Position numbers and translations under genes: made by a program. This document shows, piece after piece, positions 1 to 7,758 of a DNA stretch of 24,000 nucleotides. Position 1 is the first letter of the stretch. Each line of letters begins with the position of its first letter. The stretch is from Terriglobales bacterium (GTDB lineage: Bacteria; Acidobacteriota; Terriglobia; Terriglobales; Acidobacteriaceae): positions 1-24,000 of the forward strand of contig DATNHO010000037.1 of assembly GCA_035604895.1 (NCBI GenBank), read 5' to 3'. The notes under the pieces were generated by a model that had not been told where the DNA came from, searched no databases, and saw only the letters and a list, made by a program, of their open reading frames with translations.

Positions 1-1086
1 CTCGGGCAGTATCAGATCCTGGTGCAGTTGCCGGGCGTGGACGATCCGGCCCGGGTGAAGGAAATTATGCAGTCCACCGCCATGCTGGAAATCCGGCAAT
101 CGTTCGGTGGACCATACCCCAGCGAGCAGCAAGCCTTGCAGGATAAAGGCGGAGTGTTGCCTCCGGATCAGATGCTGATGCCGGGCCGCAGCGTTGGTAC
201 GAACGCTGGCGAAGGCGGGCAAGCCTGGTACCTGATATCGCGTGCATCGGCGGTCACCGGCCGCGACCTGCGCGCCGCCGACCAGTCGCGCGACGAGAAC
301 GGGCAGCCTTCGGTTAGTTTCACTCTGACTGGCGAAGGTGGCCGACGTTTCGCCAGCTTCACCGGCGCCCACGTCGGCGACAACCTTGCCGTCGTGCTCG
401 ACAATAAAGTGCAGGAAGTTGCCGTCATCAAAGACCAGATCCACGATCAAGGCGTAATCAATGGGCGCTTCACCGAGCAGCAAGCCAAAGACCTCGCCAT
501 GATTCTGCGCTCTGGCGCTTTGCCGGCCGGCATCAAATATCTGGAAGAGCGTACCGTGGGTCCGTCGTTAGGCAGCGATTCCATCCGCGCCGGAGTGACG
601 GCTGCGGTGATCGGCATGTTGGCCGTACTTATCTTTATGCTGGTTTACTATCACGCCGCCGGAATCAACGCGGACATCGCTTTGATTCTGAACCTGGTCA
701 TCCTGCTTGGCTTCCTTGGATTCAGCGGCGCGACTCTAACGCTCCCGGGAATTGCGGGAGTGATATTGACCGTCGGCATGGGCGTGGACTCAAACGTGCT
801 GATCTTTGAGCGCATCCGCGAGGAATTGCGCAATGGAAAAACGCCGCCCTCGGCAGTGGAGCAGGGCTTCGGCCATGCCTGGATTACGATTGTGGACACG
901 CACGTCACCACGATCGTTTCAGCAATCATTTTGTTCATCTTCGGCACCGGTCCAGTGCGCGGCTTCGCGGTCACGCTCAGCTTTGGTCTGTTTGCGAATC
1001 TGTTCACGGCTGTGTTCGTATCGCGTGTGATTTTCGACTGGTTGTTGAGCCGCAAGCAGCGCGGCGAAGCGTTAAGCATTGGGTAA
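1..1086 (+). CDS. secD: Protein translocase subunit SecD, C-terminal part (5' end outside window)
   Basis: Frame is open from base 1. The translation has the conserved SecD C-terminal region (GIAGVILTVGMGVDSNVLIFERIREELRNGK...FGTGPVRGFAVTLSFGLFANLFTAVFVSR) and is followed by secF. Confidence 0.95.
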   Translation, partial: LGQYQILVQLPGVDDPARVKEIMQSTAMLEIRQSFGGPYPSEQQALQDKGGVLPPDQMLMPGRSVGTNAGEGGQAWYLISRASAVTGRDLRAADQSRDENGQPSVSFTLTGEGGRRFASFTGAHVGDNLAVVLDNKVQEVAVIKDQIHDQGVINGRFTEQQAKDLAMILRSGALPAGIKYLEERTVGPSLGSDSIRAGVTAAVIGMLAVLIFMLVYYHAAGINADIALILNLVILLGFLGFSGATLTLPGIAGVILTVGMGVDSNVLIFERIREELRNGKTPPSAVEQGFGHAWITIVDTHVTTIVSAIILFIFGTGPVRGFAVTLSFGLFANLFTAVFVSRVIFDWLLSRKQRGEALSIG

Positions 1087-1091
1087 AACGT

Positions 1092-1204
1092 GTAGCCACG
1101 GACGCCTCGTCCCGGGCGCAGCGAGAAGGCGTTAATTGGAATTAGCGGGCAAATGAACACGTAGCGAGGCGGGCAGTTGAACCCGGACGAGACGTCCGGG
1201 GCTA
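1092..1204. repeat. REP/MITE-like imperfect inverted repeat element between secD and secF
   Basis: Left arm gtagccacggacgcctcgtcccggg (1092-1116). Right arm acccggacgagacgtccggggctac (about 1181-1204) is its near-perfect reverse complement (about 2 mismatches and 1 indel). Confidence 0.6.
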
Positions 1205-1240
1205 CGTGGACATCGCAAAAGAAAAGGAGTTCTAAGCGGC

Positions 1241-2449
1241 GTGGAATTTTTTCGCAATCCAAACATAGATTTCCTCGGCAAGAAGTGGTACTTCCTCGCT
1301 TTCTCGCTGGTCTTCAGCGTGGCCGGTGTGTTCTCCATGCTGTTCTGGCACCACATCCCTTACGGTGTCGACTTTCGTGGTGGCACGCTGGTTTACGTGA
1401 AGTTCGCCGAGACGCCGGATAACAACGCTATCCGTGCCTCGATGGACCGCGTGGGCCTCCACAACGCCCGGATCCAGAGCTACGGTTCGCCGGGCAGCAA
1501 CGAAGTGCTGATCGATGTTTCCGAACAGGAGACCAGCGAGCAGGCGCTCGACCGGAGCAAGACCCAGATCATTAACGCACTGGAAACCAATGCGCCCGCC
1601 GATAAGCAGGATCTGAACAACTCGAGTTTCTTGACCATTAAGAACTTCTTGCTGCAGAAGGACCCACTCCGCCTCGGGACCGACGCGGAACAGCGATACA
1701 CAGCCCAAGCCCAGGCAATCGTCAACTACCGCGACAAGGTAAAAAGTGGCGTGCTGCATTCCCTCGACGAACTGAAGGCGGCAGCCGATCCGGCGGTGGT
1801 GGCTTCCTTGTCAGATGGCTTCTTCCTTTCCGATTTCGGCGTACGCAACGTGGAAATCGTGGGTCCACAAGTGGGAGCGCAGTTGCGCAAGCAGGCCTTG
1901 CTGGCGACGGTTTACTCGCTGGCCGGGATGTTGGTTTATCTGGCCTTCCGCTTCGAATGGATTTACGGCGTCGCTGCAGTGATTACGGTGTTCCACGACA
2001 CCTTGATTACCGTAGGCGCATTTTCTTTGATGAACAAAGAGATTTCGTTAACCGTAATCGCCGCCATCCTGACCCTGATCGGCTATTCCAACAACGACAC
2101 CATCGTTGTTTTTGACCGCATCCGTGAGAACCTGAAGCTGATGCGGCGGGAGAAGCTATCGGACATCGTCAACCGCAGCATCAACCAGACCCTGAGCCGG
2201 ACCATCTTGACAGCGGGTTTAACATTCCTCACAGTCTTGGCTCTGTATCTCTTCGGCGGCGAAGTGTTGAAGGGCTTCTCGTTGGCCCTGGTAATCGGTA
2301 TCTTAATTGGGACCTATTCGTCGATCGCCATTGCGGCGCCGATTCTGGTGGCCTATCAGGATTGGCGGTCGAACCGCGACAGGCCGCAGGTGATGGTCCC
2401 GGTCGGCAAGGACGCAGGCCGCCGGGAAAAGGTGAAGGCTAAGGCCTAA
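1241..2449 (+). CDS. secF: Protein translocase subunit SecF
   Basis: Translation has SecF features (GVDFRGGTLVYVKF; VEIVGPQVGAQLRKQALLATVYSLAGMLVYLAFRFEW; GYSNNDTIVVFDRIREN). GTG start preceded by aaaaggag. Confidence 0.96.
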   Translation: MEFFRNPNIDFLGKKWYFLAFSLVFSVAGVFSMLFWHHIPYGVDFRGGTLVYVKFAETPDNNAIRASMDRVGLHNARIQSYGSPGSNEVLIDVSEQETSEQALDRSKTQIINALETNAPADKQDLNNSSFLTIKNFLLQKDPLRLGTDAEQRYTAQAQAIVNYRDKVKSGVLHSLDELKAAADPAVVASLSDGFFLSDFGVRNVEIVGPQVGAQLRKQALLATVYSLAGMLVYLAFRFEWIYGVAAVITVFHDTLITVGAFSLMNKEISLTVIAAILTLIGYSNNDTIVVFDRIRENLKLMRREKLSDIVNRSINQTLSRTILTAGLTFLTVLALYLFGGEVLKGFSLALVIGILIGTYSSIAIAAPILVAYQDWRSNRDRPQVMVPVGKDAGRREKVKAKA

Positions 2450-2621
2450 AATACCGTTCCTGCCTTGAGGGCAGTATAAGTTTGTGATTGGCCGGGATTT
2501 GAGGTAGTATCGTCCGGTTTTCGATTTGGTGGCCGTAAAACATCATTGCCGGGAGCAAATCAAGGGCAGTCGGTGTCTAAAGGGTAGTAGGGTAGTTAGG
2601 GTCTGATGTAGGAGAAACCTT

Positions 2622-3362
2622 ATGTTTGAAGACAGCCTGATAGAGTCCGGTGGAAGACTCAAAACGAAGAGGGGCGTCTGGACTTTCCTCTCGTTTATTT
2701 TTGAGGCCGTACTGGTCGGAGTTTTGGTGCTGATTCCACTGCTGTTCACCGAGGCTTTACCCAAAACCCAGTTGATGACCTTTCTAGTGGCGCCGCCCCC
2801 GCCACCGCCGCCACCCCCGCCACCCGCCGCGGCTCCGGTCAAGATCGTGAAGCAAGTGCAGACCAATATCATCAACAACCAGCTGCGCACGCCCACCAAG
2901 ATTCCTGAGAAAGTCCAAATGATCAAGGAAGATGAAGCCCCACCACCGGTGATGTCGGCCGGCGTGGTTGGCGGCGTTCCCGGCGGCATCCCCGGTGGAC
3001 AAATGGGTGGAGTCATTGGCGGCATTATCAGCTCGACCCCGGTCGCCGTGCCCAAAGTCGCTACGCCGACCCGCGTTCGCGTGTCCCAGGGTGTGACCCA
3101 GGGGCTGCTGATCCGTAAAATTCAGCCGAACTATCCACCCTTGGCCCGGCAAGCCCGCATCCAAGGAAGTGTGCTGCTGCAAGCCGAGATCAGCAAGGAC
3201 GGAGCCATCGAGAACCTGCATCTGATCAGTGGTCACCCCATGCTGGCGCCGGCAGCGATCGAAGCCGTAAAGCAGTGGAAGTACAAACCGTATATTCTGA
3301 ACGGCGAGCCGGTCGAGGTGGAAACGCAGATTACGGTGAACTTCACCCTGTCCGGGGGATAA
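2622..3362 (+). CDS. TonB-family energy transducer protein
   Basis: N-terminal TM segment, polyproline stretch (APPPPPPPPPPPAAAP), C-terminal TonB domain (IQPNYPPLARQARIQGSVLLQAEISKDGAIENLHLISGHPMLAPAAIEAVKQWKYKPYILNGEPVEVETQITVNF). RBS taggag upstream. Confidence 0.93.
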   Translation: MFEDSLIESGGRLKTKRGVWTFLSFIFEAVLVGVLVLIPLLFTEALPKTQLMTFLVAPPPPPPPPPPPAAAPVKIVKQVQTNIINNQLRTPTKIPEKVQMIKEDEAPPPVMSAGVVGGVPGGIPGGQMGGVIGGIISSTPVAVPKVATPTRVRVSQGVTQGLLIRKIQPNYPPLARQARIQGSVLLQAEISKDGAIENLHLISGHPMLAPAAIEAVKQWKYKPYILNGEPVEVETQITVNFTLSGG

Positions 3363-3578
3363 GCCCGAGGCAGCAAAGATTTTCTAATTGAAAGTGACTG
3401 AGCAGTTTGAGGACGAGCTGTGTTTCCCTGATCCCTAAGTACTTAGGCGATTCAGGAACGGGGCGGTTCGCGCAATTCAAGCCTTGCAGCTCGGCCTGTG
3501 ACTCCGAAAGCTTGCGCATTAAAGATCAGCAAAACGATTACCAGATTTTGAAGAGTTCCGAGGAGGAAAAAGCAACTC

Positions 3579-4334
3579 ATGCTCGCAGCCAATGTAGCAA
3601 CCCACACCCTAAGTCACATCTCCACCATGGCGGTCTGGATGTTCCAGGACCAACCGGTGGCCTGGGACCCGATCTCGCTATGGAAACAGATGGGATTCAT
3701 CGCGAGGACCGTGGTCGTTATTCTTTTCATCATGTCCGGCTGGTCCATCGGCGTAATGATTGACCGCGCCATGGCGTTTAGCGCGGCACGCAAGCAATCG
3801 CGAGCATTTGCTCCTGCGGTAGCTGGCGCCCTGCGTGACGGCAAGATTGACGAAGCTATCAAAGTTGCCGAGCGCAACAAGAAGAGCCATCTGGCGAAGG
3901 TCGTAACCGCCGGCTTGATGGAATTCCGTGCTCACCAGGAAAGCGGCGAGATTCCGGGCGAGACCATCGAAGCCTCGAAGCGCGCTTTGGAGCGCACCGA
4001 GGCTATCGTCCATGCCGAGCTTAAGCGCGGCTTGGGCGGCTTGGCTACGATTGGCTCAACTGCTCCCTTCGTCGGGCTGTTCGGCACGGTGATGGGCATT
4101 CTGAACGCCTTCAAAGGCATTTCAGAGCAGAAGGCCACCGGTCTGGGCGCAGTCGCAGGCGGTATCGCGGAAGCCCTTGTGACCACGGCCGTGGGACTGT
4201 TCGTCGCCATCCCGGCCGTTATGATGTTCAACTACCTGACCGGGCGCGTGGAAGCGTTCGACGTGGAGATGGATAACTCCTCGAGCGAACTGATCGATTA
4301 CTTCCTCAAGCGGCGGGGAGTGCGCCGGTCCTAG
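3579..4334 (+). CDS. exbB: MotA/TolQ/ExbB proton channel family protein
   Basis: GLATIGSTAPFVGLFGTVMGILNAFKGI...GGIAEALVTTAVGLFVAIPAVMMFNYL is the ExbB/TolQ signature. RBS gaggagg upstream. Confidence 0.93.
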   Translation: MLAANVATHTLSHISTMAVWMFQDQPVAWDPISLWKQMGFIARTVVVILFIMSGWSIGVMIDRAMAFSAARKQSRAFAPAVAGALRDGKIDEAIKVAERNKKSHLAKVVTAGLMEFRAHQESGEIPGETIEASKRALERTEAIVHAELKRGLGGLATIGSTAPFVGLFGTVMGILNAFKGISEQKATGLGAVAGGIAEALVTTAVGLFVAIPAVMMFNYLTGRVEAFDVEMDNSSSELIDYFLKRRGVRRS

Positions 4335-4374
4335 CTGGCTGAGCAGGATTGGTTTTCGACCTTGAGTTGCTGAC

Positions 4375-4402
4375 CGGCGCCGGAGAATGTGCTTCGGCGC
4401 CG
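4375..4402 (+). other. Stable hairpin between exbB and exbD
   Basis: CGGCGCCG-GAG-aatgtg-CTT-CGGCGCCG: two copies of an 8-bp self-palindrome able to pair with each other. Confidence 0.4.
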
Positions 4403-4476
4403 CGTCCTGACCTCCACGGGGCCGAGAGCCGGGTTGGTTAGCCGACGAGGATTCCGAGTGCGCAGGAGAGTGGATT

Positions 4477-4935
4477 ATGTCCCTTAACAAACGGAACGAA
4501 GGAGCCAAGGTCAACTCCGACATCAACGTGACCCCGATGGTCGACGTGATGCTGGTGTTGCTGATTATCTTCATGGTGATCACGCCCATGTTGCAGAAGG
4601 GCGTTAGCGTGGACTTGGCGAAAGTTAATAACCCGTCCCAGATGCCGGACGCGGACAAGGAAGACGCGCTGATCGTAGCCGTCATGCGCGATGGCCAGGT
4701 GTTTTTCGGTAACGATAAGACTCCACCTGACCAACTGACGCAAAAAGTGAAAGACCGTCTGGCCAATCGCATTGATAAGCGGGTTTTCGTCCGCGCCGAT
4801 GCCCGGGCTAAGTTTGGTTCGGTCGTGGCAGTCGTCGACAATGTCCGCGCTGCGGGCGTGGACCAGTTGGGTCTGCTGACTGATCAGAAGAAACAGGGTG
4901 CGACTCCGCCACCGCCGGCAACAGGCGGACAATAG
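4477..4935 (+). CDS. exbD: ExbD/TolR family biopolymer transport protein (copy 1)
   Basis: DINVTPMVDVMLVLLIIFMVITPML followed by a periplasmic ExbD domain (FVRADARAKFGSVVAVVDNVRAAGVDQLGLLT). Confidence 0.93.
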   Translation: MSLNKRNEGAKVNSDINVTPMVDVMLVLLIIFMVITPMLQKGVSVDLAKVNNPSQMPDADKEDALIVAVMRDGQVFFGNDKTPPDQLTQKVKDRLANRIDKRVFVRADARAKFGSVVAVVDNVRAAGVDQLGLLTDQKKQGATPPPPATGGQ

Positions 4936-4946
4936 AGGAGCTTGAT

Positions 4947-5387
4947 ATGGGAATGACAGCTGGAGGCGGCGGCGGCCAAAGTGCCGTGATCAACGTGACG
5001 CCACTGATTGACGTGCTGCTGGTATTACTGATCATCTTCATGGTGATTACGCCTTTAACCCCAAAAGGACTGGACGCCCTTGTCCCGCAACCCCCGCCGC
5101 CGAACGCGCCCAAGAACAACACGCCGGATCGCACCATCGTGGTGCAGTTGATCGATCGCGGAGCGGGCCAGGATCCAGGGGTAAAGATCAACAATGAGGA
5201 CACAACCTGGGACGGTCTGCAGGGGCGCTTGACGGATATTTTCAAGACCCGCGCCGAGAAGGTGATGTTTGTCAAAGGCGACGATAATGTTCCGTTTGCC
5301 GATGTAGCCAATGTGATTGACATTGCGCATGCTGCAGGAGTAGACAAGGTTGGTCTGATTACGGCCAAGATCGAAGCCGGCGGCTAG
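4947..5387 (+). CDS. exbD: ExbD/TolR family biopolymer transport protein (copy 2)
   Basis: VINVTPLIDVLLVLLIIFMVITPLTPKGLDA...MFVKGDDNVPFADVANVIDIAHAAGVDKVGLIT. Tandem with copy 1. Confidence 0.93.
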   Translation: MGMTAGGGGGQSAVINVTPLIDVLLVLLIIFMVITPLTPKGLDALVPQPPPPNAPKNNTPDRTIVVQLIDRGAGQDPGVKINNEDTTWDGLQGRLTDIFKTRAEKVMFVKGDDNVPFADVANVIDIAHAAGVDKVGLITAKIEAGG

Positions 5388-5533
5388 GCACGACAAGTTT
5401 TCATTTACAGAATTCAGATGCACCTGCCCGCGTGATCGCGAACCGGCTGCGCCCGGAGGCGGTTTACGCACTGGCAGGTGCGTCGCAGATTTGTCACATC
5501 CCGGGAATCCTGGTGAGGGAGACTTATAAAGCA

Positions 5534-6361
5534 ATGAAAAAGAGCGTGCGGGTGCTGGCACTCATGGCGGTCGGGTTAACCTTGCTGTCTGGCGCTGGCT
5601 GCGACAAGTTAAGGGCGCGCGACCAGTTGAACAAGGGAGTCGCGTCCTACAAGAACGCCCGGTATGAGGAAGCCATCGATCATTTTCAGCAAGCGGTCAC
5701 CCTGGATCCCAGCCTGCTGAATGCTCGTCTTTATCTGGCGACCGCTTACGCCCAGCAGTACATTCCCGGAGTCGATGCCGAAGACAATAACCGCCTGGGA
5801 CAGCAGGCCATTGACCAATACAAGGCAGTCCTTGAGCGCGACCCCAAGAGCATCAATAGCGTCAAGGGAATCGCCTACATCTATTTGCAGATGAAGAAGT
5901 TTGAAGACGCCAAGACCTTCTACCGCAAGGCGCTCGAAATCGATCCCAACGACGCCGAGCCGTATTACTCAGTGGGTGTGATCGACTGGACCCAGACGTA
6001 TCAGCCGCGCATGGAAGAACGCGCCAAGCTGGGTCTGAAGCCGGATGAGCAATTGAATCCCAAGGACAAGAATCAGAAAAAGGCCTGCGACGATCTCAAA
6101 CAAAAAAACTCGGCTAACATTCAAGACGGCATTGATGCGCTCAAGAAAGCCCTTGAACTACGAGCCGACTACGACGATGCCATGGCGTACATGAACCTGA
6201 TGTACCGCGAAAAAGCGGATGTGGAATGCGACGATCTAGCGGGGCGGGCTGCGGATCTGAAAACGGCTGATGAATGGGTCGACAAGACCATGGCTACCAA
6301 GAAAGCTAAGGCCGAGAAGCAGCCTGGCGCTCAGGGCATCACCATGGATCAGCCGAAGTAA
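5534..6361 (+). CDS. TPR-repeat lipoprotein
   Basis: Likely start at 5534 (MKKSVRVLALMAVGLTLLSGAGC, SPII signal with lipobox, gagggag upstream) rather than 5432. Several TPR units (NKGVASYKNARYEEAIDHFQQAVTLDPSLLNARLYLATAYAQ; FEDAKTFYRKALEIDPNDAEPYYSVGVI). Confidence 0.88.
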   Translation: MKKSVRVLALMAVGLTLLSGAGCDKLRARDQLNKGVASYKNARYEEAIDHFQQAVTLDPSLLNARLYLATAYAQQYIPGVDAEDNNRLGQQAIDQYKAVLERDPKSINSVKGIAYIYLQMKKFEDAKTFYRKALEIDPNDAEPYYSVGVIDWTQTYQPRMEERAKLGLKPDEQLNPKDKNQKKACDDLKQKNSANIQDGIDALKKALELRADYDDAMAYMNLMYREKADVECDDLAGRAADLKTADEWVDKTMATKKAKAEKQPGAQGITMDQPK

Positions 6362-6447
6362 TGGATCAGCCAAAATAAAGATCAGCCAAAGTTAATGATC
6401 AGCCGAAATAAATAAAGCAGATCAACCAGATTAAATCAGCCAAAAGC
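6347..6447 (+). repeat. Degenerate tandem repeat derived from the TPR gene 3' end (unit gatcagccRaaRtaatg, about 16-17 bp)
   Basis: gatcagccgaagtaatg | gatcagccaaaataaa | gatcagccaaagttaat | gatcagccgaaataaataaagca | gatcaaccagattaa | atcagccaaaagc. Confidence 0.75.
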
Positions 6448-6468
6448 ATCCCTGGGTAAGCGGCGACC

Positions 6469-6493
6469 GAGCCAGCCTGCATCCCGCTGGCTC
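6469..6493. other. Hairpin GAGCCAGC-ctgcatccc-GCTGGCTC, possible terminator or transcript end downstream of the TPR gene
   Basis: Perfect 8-bp inverted repeat with 9-nt loop. No T-tract, so Rho-independent termination is not supported. Confidence 0.35.
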
Positions 6494-6550
6494 TCACAAA
6501 GATACAAGCAACTCCACTGGCATAGCCCTCATCAATAAGGCTGCATCTCT

Positions 6551-6772
6551 ATGTACATTTTGACCCTCAATCCCGGCGAGTCCGCTTTCGTCCGTTGCAC
6601 TCGTTGCGAGAACCTGAACCTGATGGTGACCAACGAAAAAGAAAGCGATGTGTCCCTGCAGTTCAACACCAAAGACGATCAACTGGACGCTGAGTGTTTT
6701 CAGTGCAAACAGCACTATTTCTGGACTCCCGGCTCGGTCGCAATCGTAAAGTCCTCTGAAAGCGCAAATTAG
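6551..6772 (+). CDS. Small hypothetical protein with two CxxC motifs (zinc-ribbon-like)
   Basis: 73 aa, ...VRCTRCENLNLMV...DAECFQCKQHYFWTPG. Two CxxC knuckles 34-35 residues apart. Confidence 0.6.
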   Translation: MYILTLNPGESAFVRCTRCENLNLMVTNEKESDVSLQFNTKDDQLDAECFQCKQHYFWTPGSVAIVKSSESAN

Positions 6773-6870
6773 CAACTCCCCCCTCGCTCCAGGACCAGTG
6801 CCTTCCGTCACATGATTCGAGTGCTCGTTCCCGGTAACATTAGACCTTCGCGTTGCCGGGAGATAAGCGC

Positions 6871-7521
6871 ATGAAATGGAAGCTGGACCGCATTATCAGC
6901 GTGGCTACTCTGGCTGCGTCCTTGATCGCCATATTTCTTGTATTGAAGAAGCCAGCGCCCGTAGCGCCGGCGCAGTCGCCCGCAGCGGCGGCCGCCAATG
7001 CCGAGTCTGTTGAGAAGAAGCTGGAGCAATTGGAACAGCCCAAGGACCCCGGCCAACCACCCGCGCAGGTTCGCTTCAACTCCGATGAGATCACCGCTGC
7101 GCTGGCACAGGCAGCGGCGTTGGTTCCGGCGAACATCTCCGCGTCTTCAGCGGCTCCGCAAACCAGCCCAGGCTTGCCGACTTCGGTTCCCTCTTCGCCC
7201 GACGCGCCCATCGGAGAGGGTGAGCCTGAGGTGAAGGACTACAAAGTAAATTTCGACGGCGACGTGGCCCGCGGCCAGTTTGTCACCCAGATCGGCGGCA
7301 AGGATGTTTACGTTACGCTCGCGGGACATCTAGGCTCAAAGGATGGCTACGCGACCTTCGATCCCACCGAATTTAAGATCGGCGATCTGAACGTTCCGCT
7401 GTCGCTAGTCAGCGGCGCCCTGCAAAAGAAGCTTACCGAACAGCGCGACCGTCTGAAGCTTCCAGATGACGTCGGCAACATCAAGGTCGAGAACGGTCAA
7501 CTGGTCGCAACGCAAAAATAA
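6871..7521 (+). CDS. Hypothetical membrane-anchored protein (N-terminal TM, Ala/Pro-rich linker, C-terminal domain)
   Basis: ATG at 6871 (MKWKLDRIISVATLAASLIAIFLVLKKPAP) preceded by gggag. The ORF track extends it to a TTG at 6853. The C-terminal half (DYKVNFDGDVARGQFVTQIGGKDVYVTLAGHLGSKDGYATFDPTEFKIGDLNVPLSLV) looks like a folded domain. Confidence 0.65.
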   Translation: MKWKLDRIISVATLAASLIAIFLVLKKPAPVAPAQSPAAAAANAESVEKKLEQLEQPKDPGQPPAQVRFNSDEITAALAQAAALVPANISASSAAPQTSPGLPTSVPSSPDAPIGEGEPEVKDYKVNFDGDVARGQFVTQIGGKDVYVTLAGHLGSKDGYATFDPTEFKIGDLNVPLSLVSGALQKKLTEQRDRLKLPDDVGNIKVENGQLVATQK

Positions 7522-7696
7522 TTGGATGGTGTGTTGACAAATGCCGGAAGGCGCCTTGGCCGAGCGCGAAATGTTACCTGTGCCCTCTGGAAGAAGATTT
7601 GTTGAACTCGTTCACCTGCCTGGAACTCCTACCCGATTTTGACATTTTGATTACATTTCCATGACATCCCCAGACCGGGTAGGACTACGATGCGGC

Positions 7697-7714
7697 GGTT
7701 GAGGTTTCTCAACC
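7697..7714 (+). other. Leader hairpin GGTTGAG-gttt-CTCAACC upstream of the GloVer-repeat gene
   Basis: Perfect 7-bp stem with 4-nt loop, 45-60 nt before the ATG at 7759. Confidence 0.35.
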
Positions 7715-7758
7715 TACACGTGCAGGTTTCCTCAAACACTAGGCCGGAGGGGTCAGTC

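Noticed and set aside
2802-2835. CCG/CCC-rich microsatellite-like tract
   Set aside because: It encodes the polyproline segment normal in TonB-family linkers.
3407-3763. 118-aa plus-strand ORF preceding and overlapping exbB
   Set aside because: Out of frame with exbB, low-quality composition, no RBS. exbB at 3579 has gaggagg upstream.
4122-5561. Minus-strand ORFs 4122-4841, 4438-4932, 4808-5368 and 5055-5561 across the exbD genes
   Set aside because: Antisense to two clear ExbD genes. His/Arg/Pro-rich noise.
7548-7557. AAGGCGCCTT palindrome downstream of the 6871-7521 gene
   Set aside because: Only 10 bp in GC-rich DNA, no T-tract. Not distinguishable from chance.
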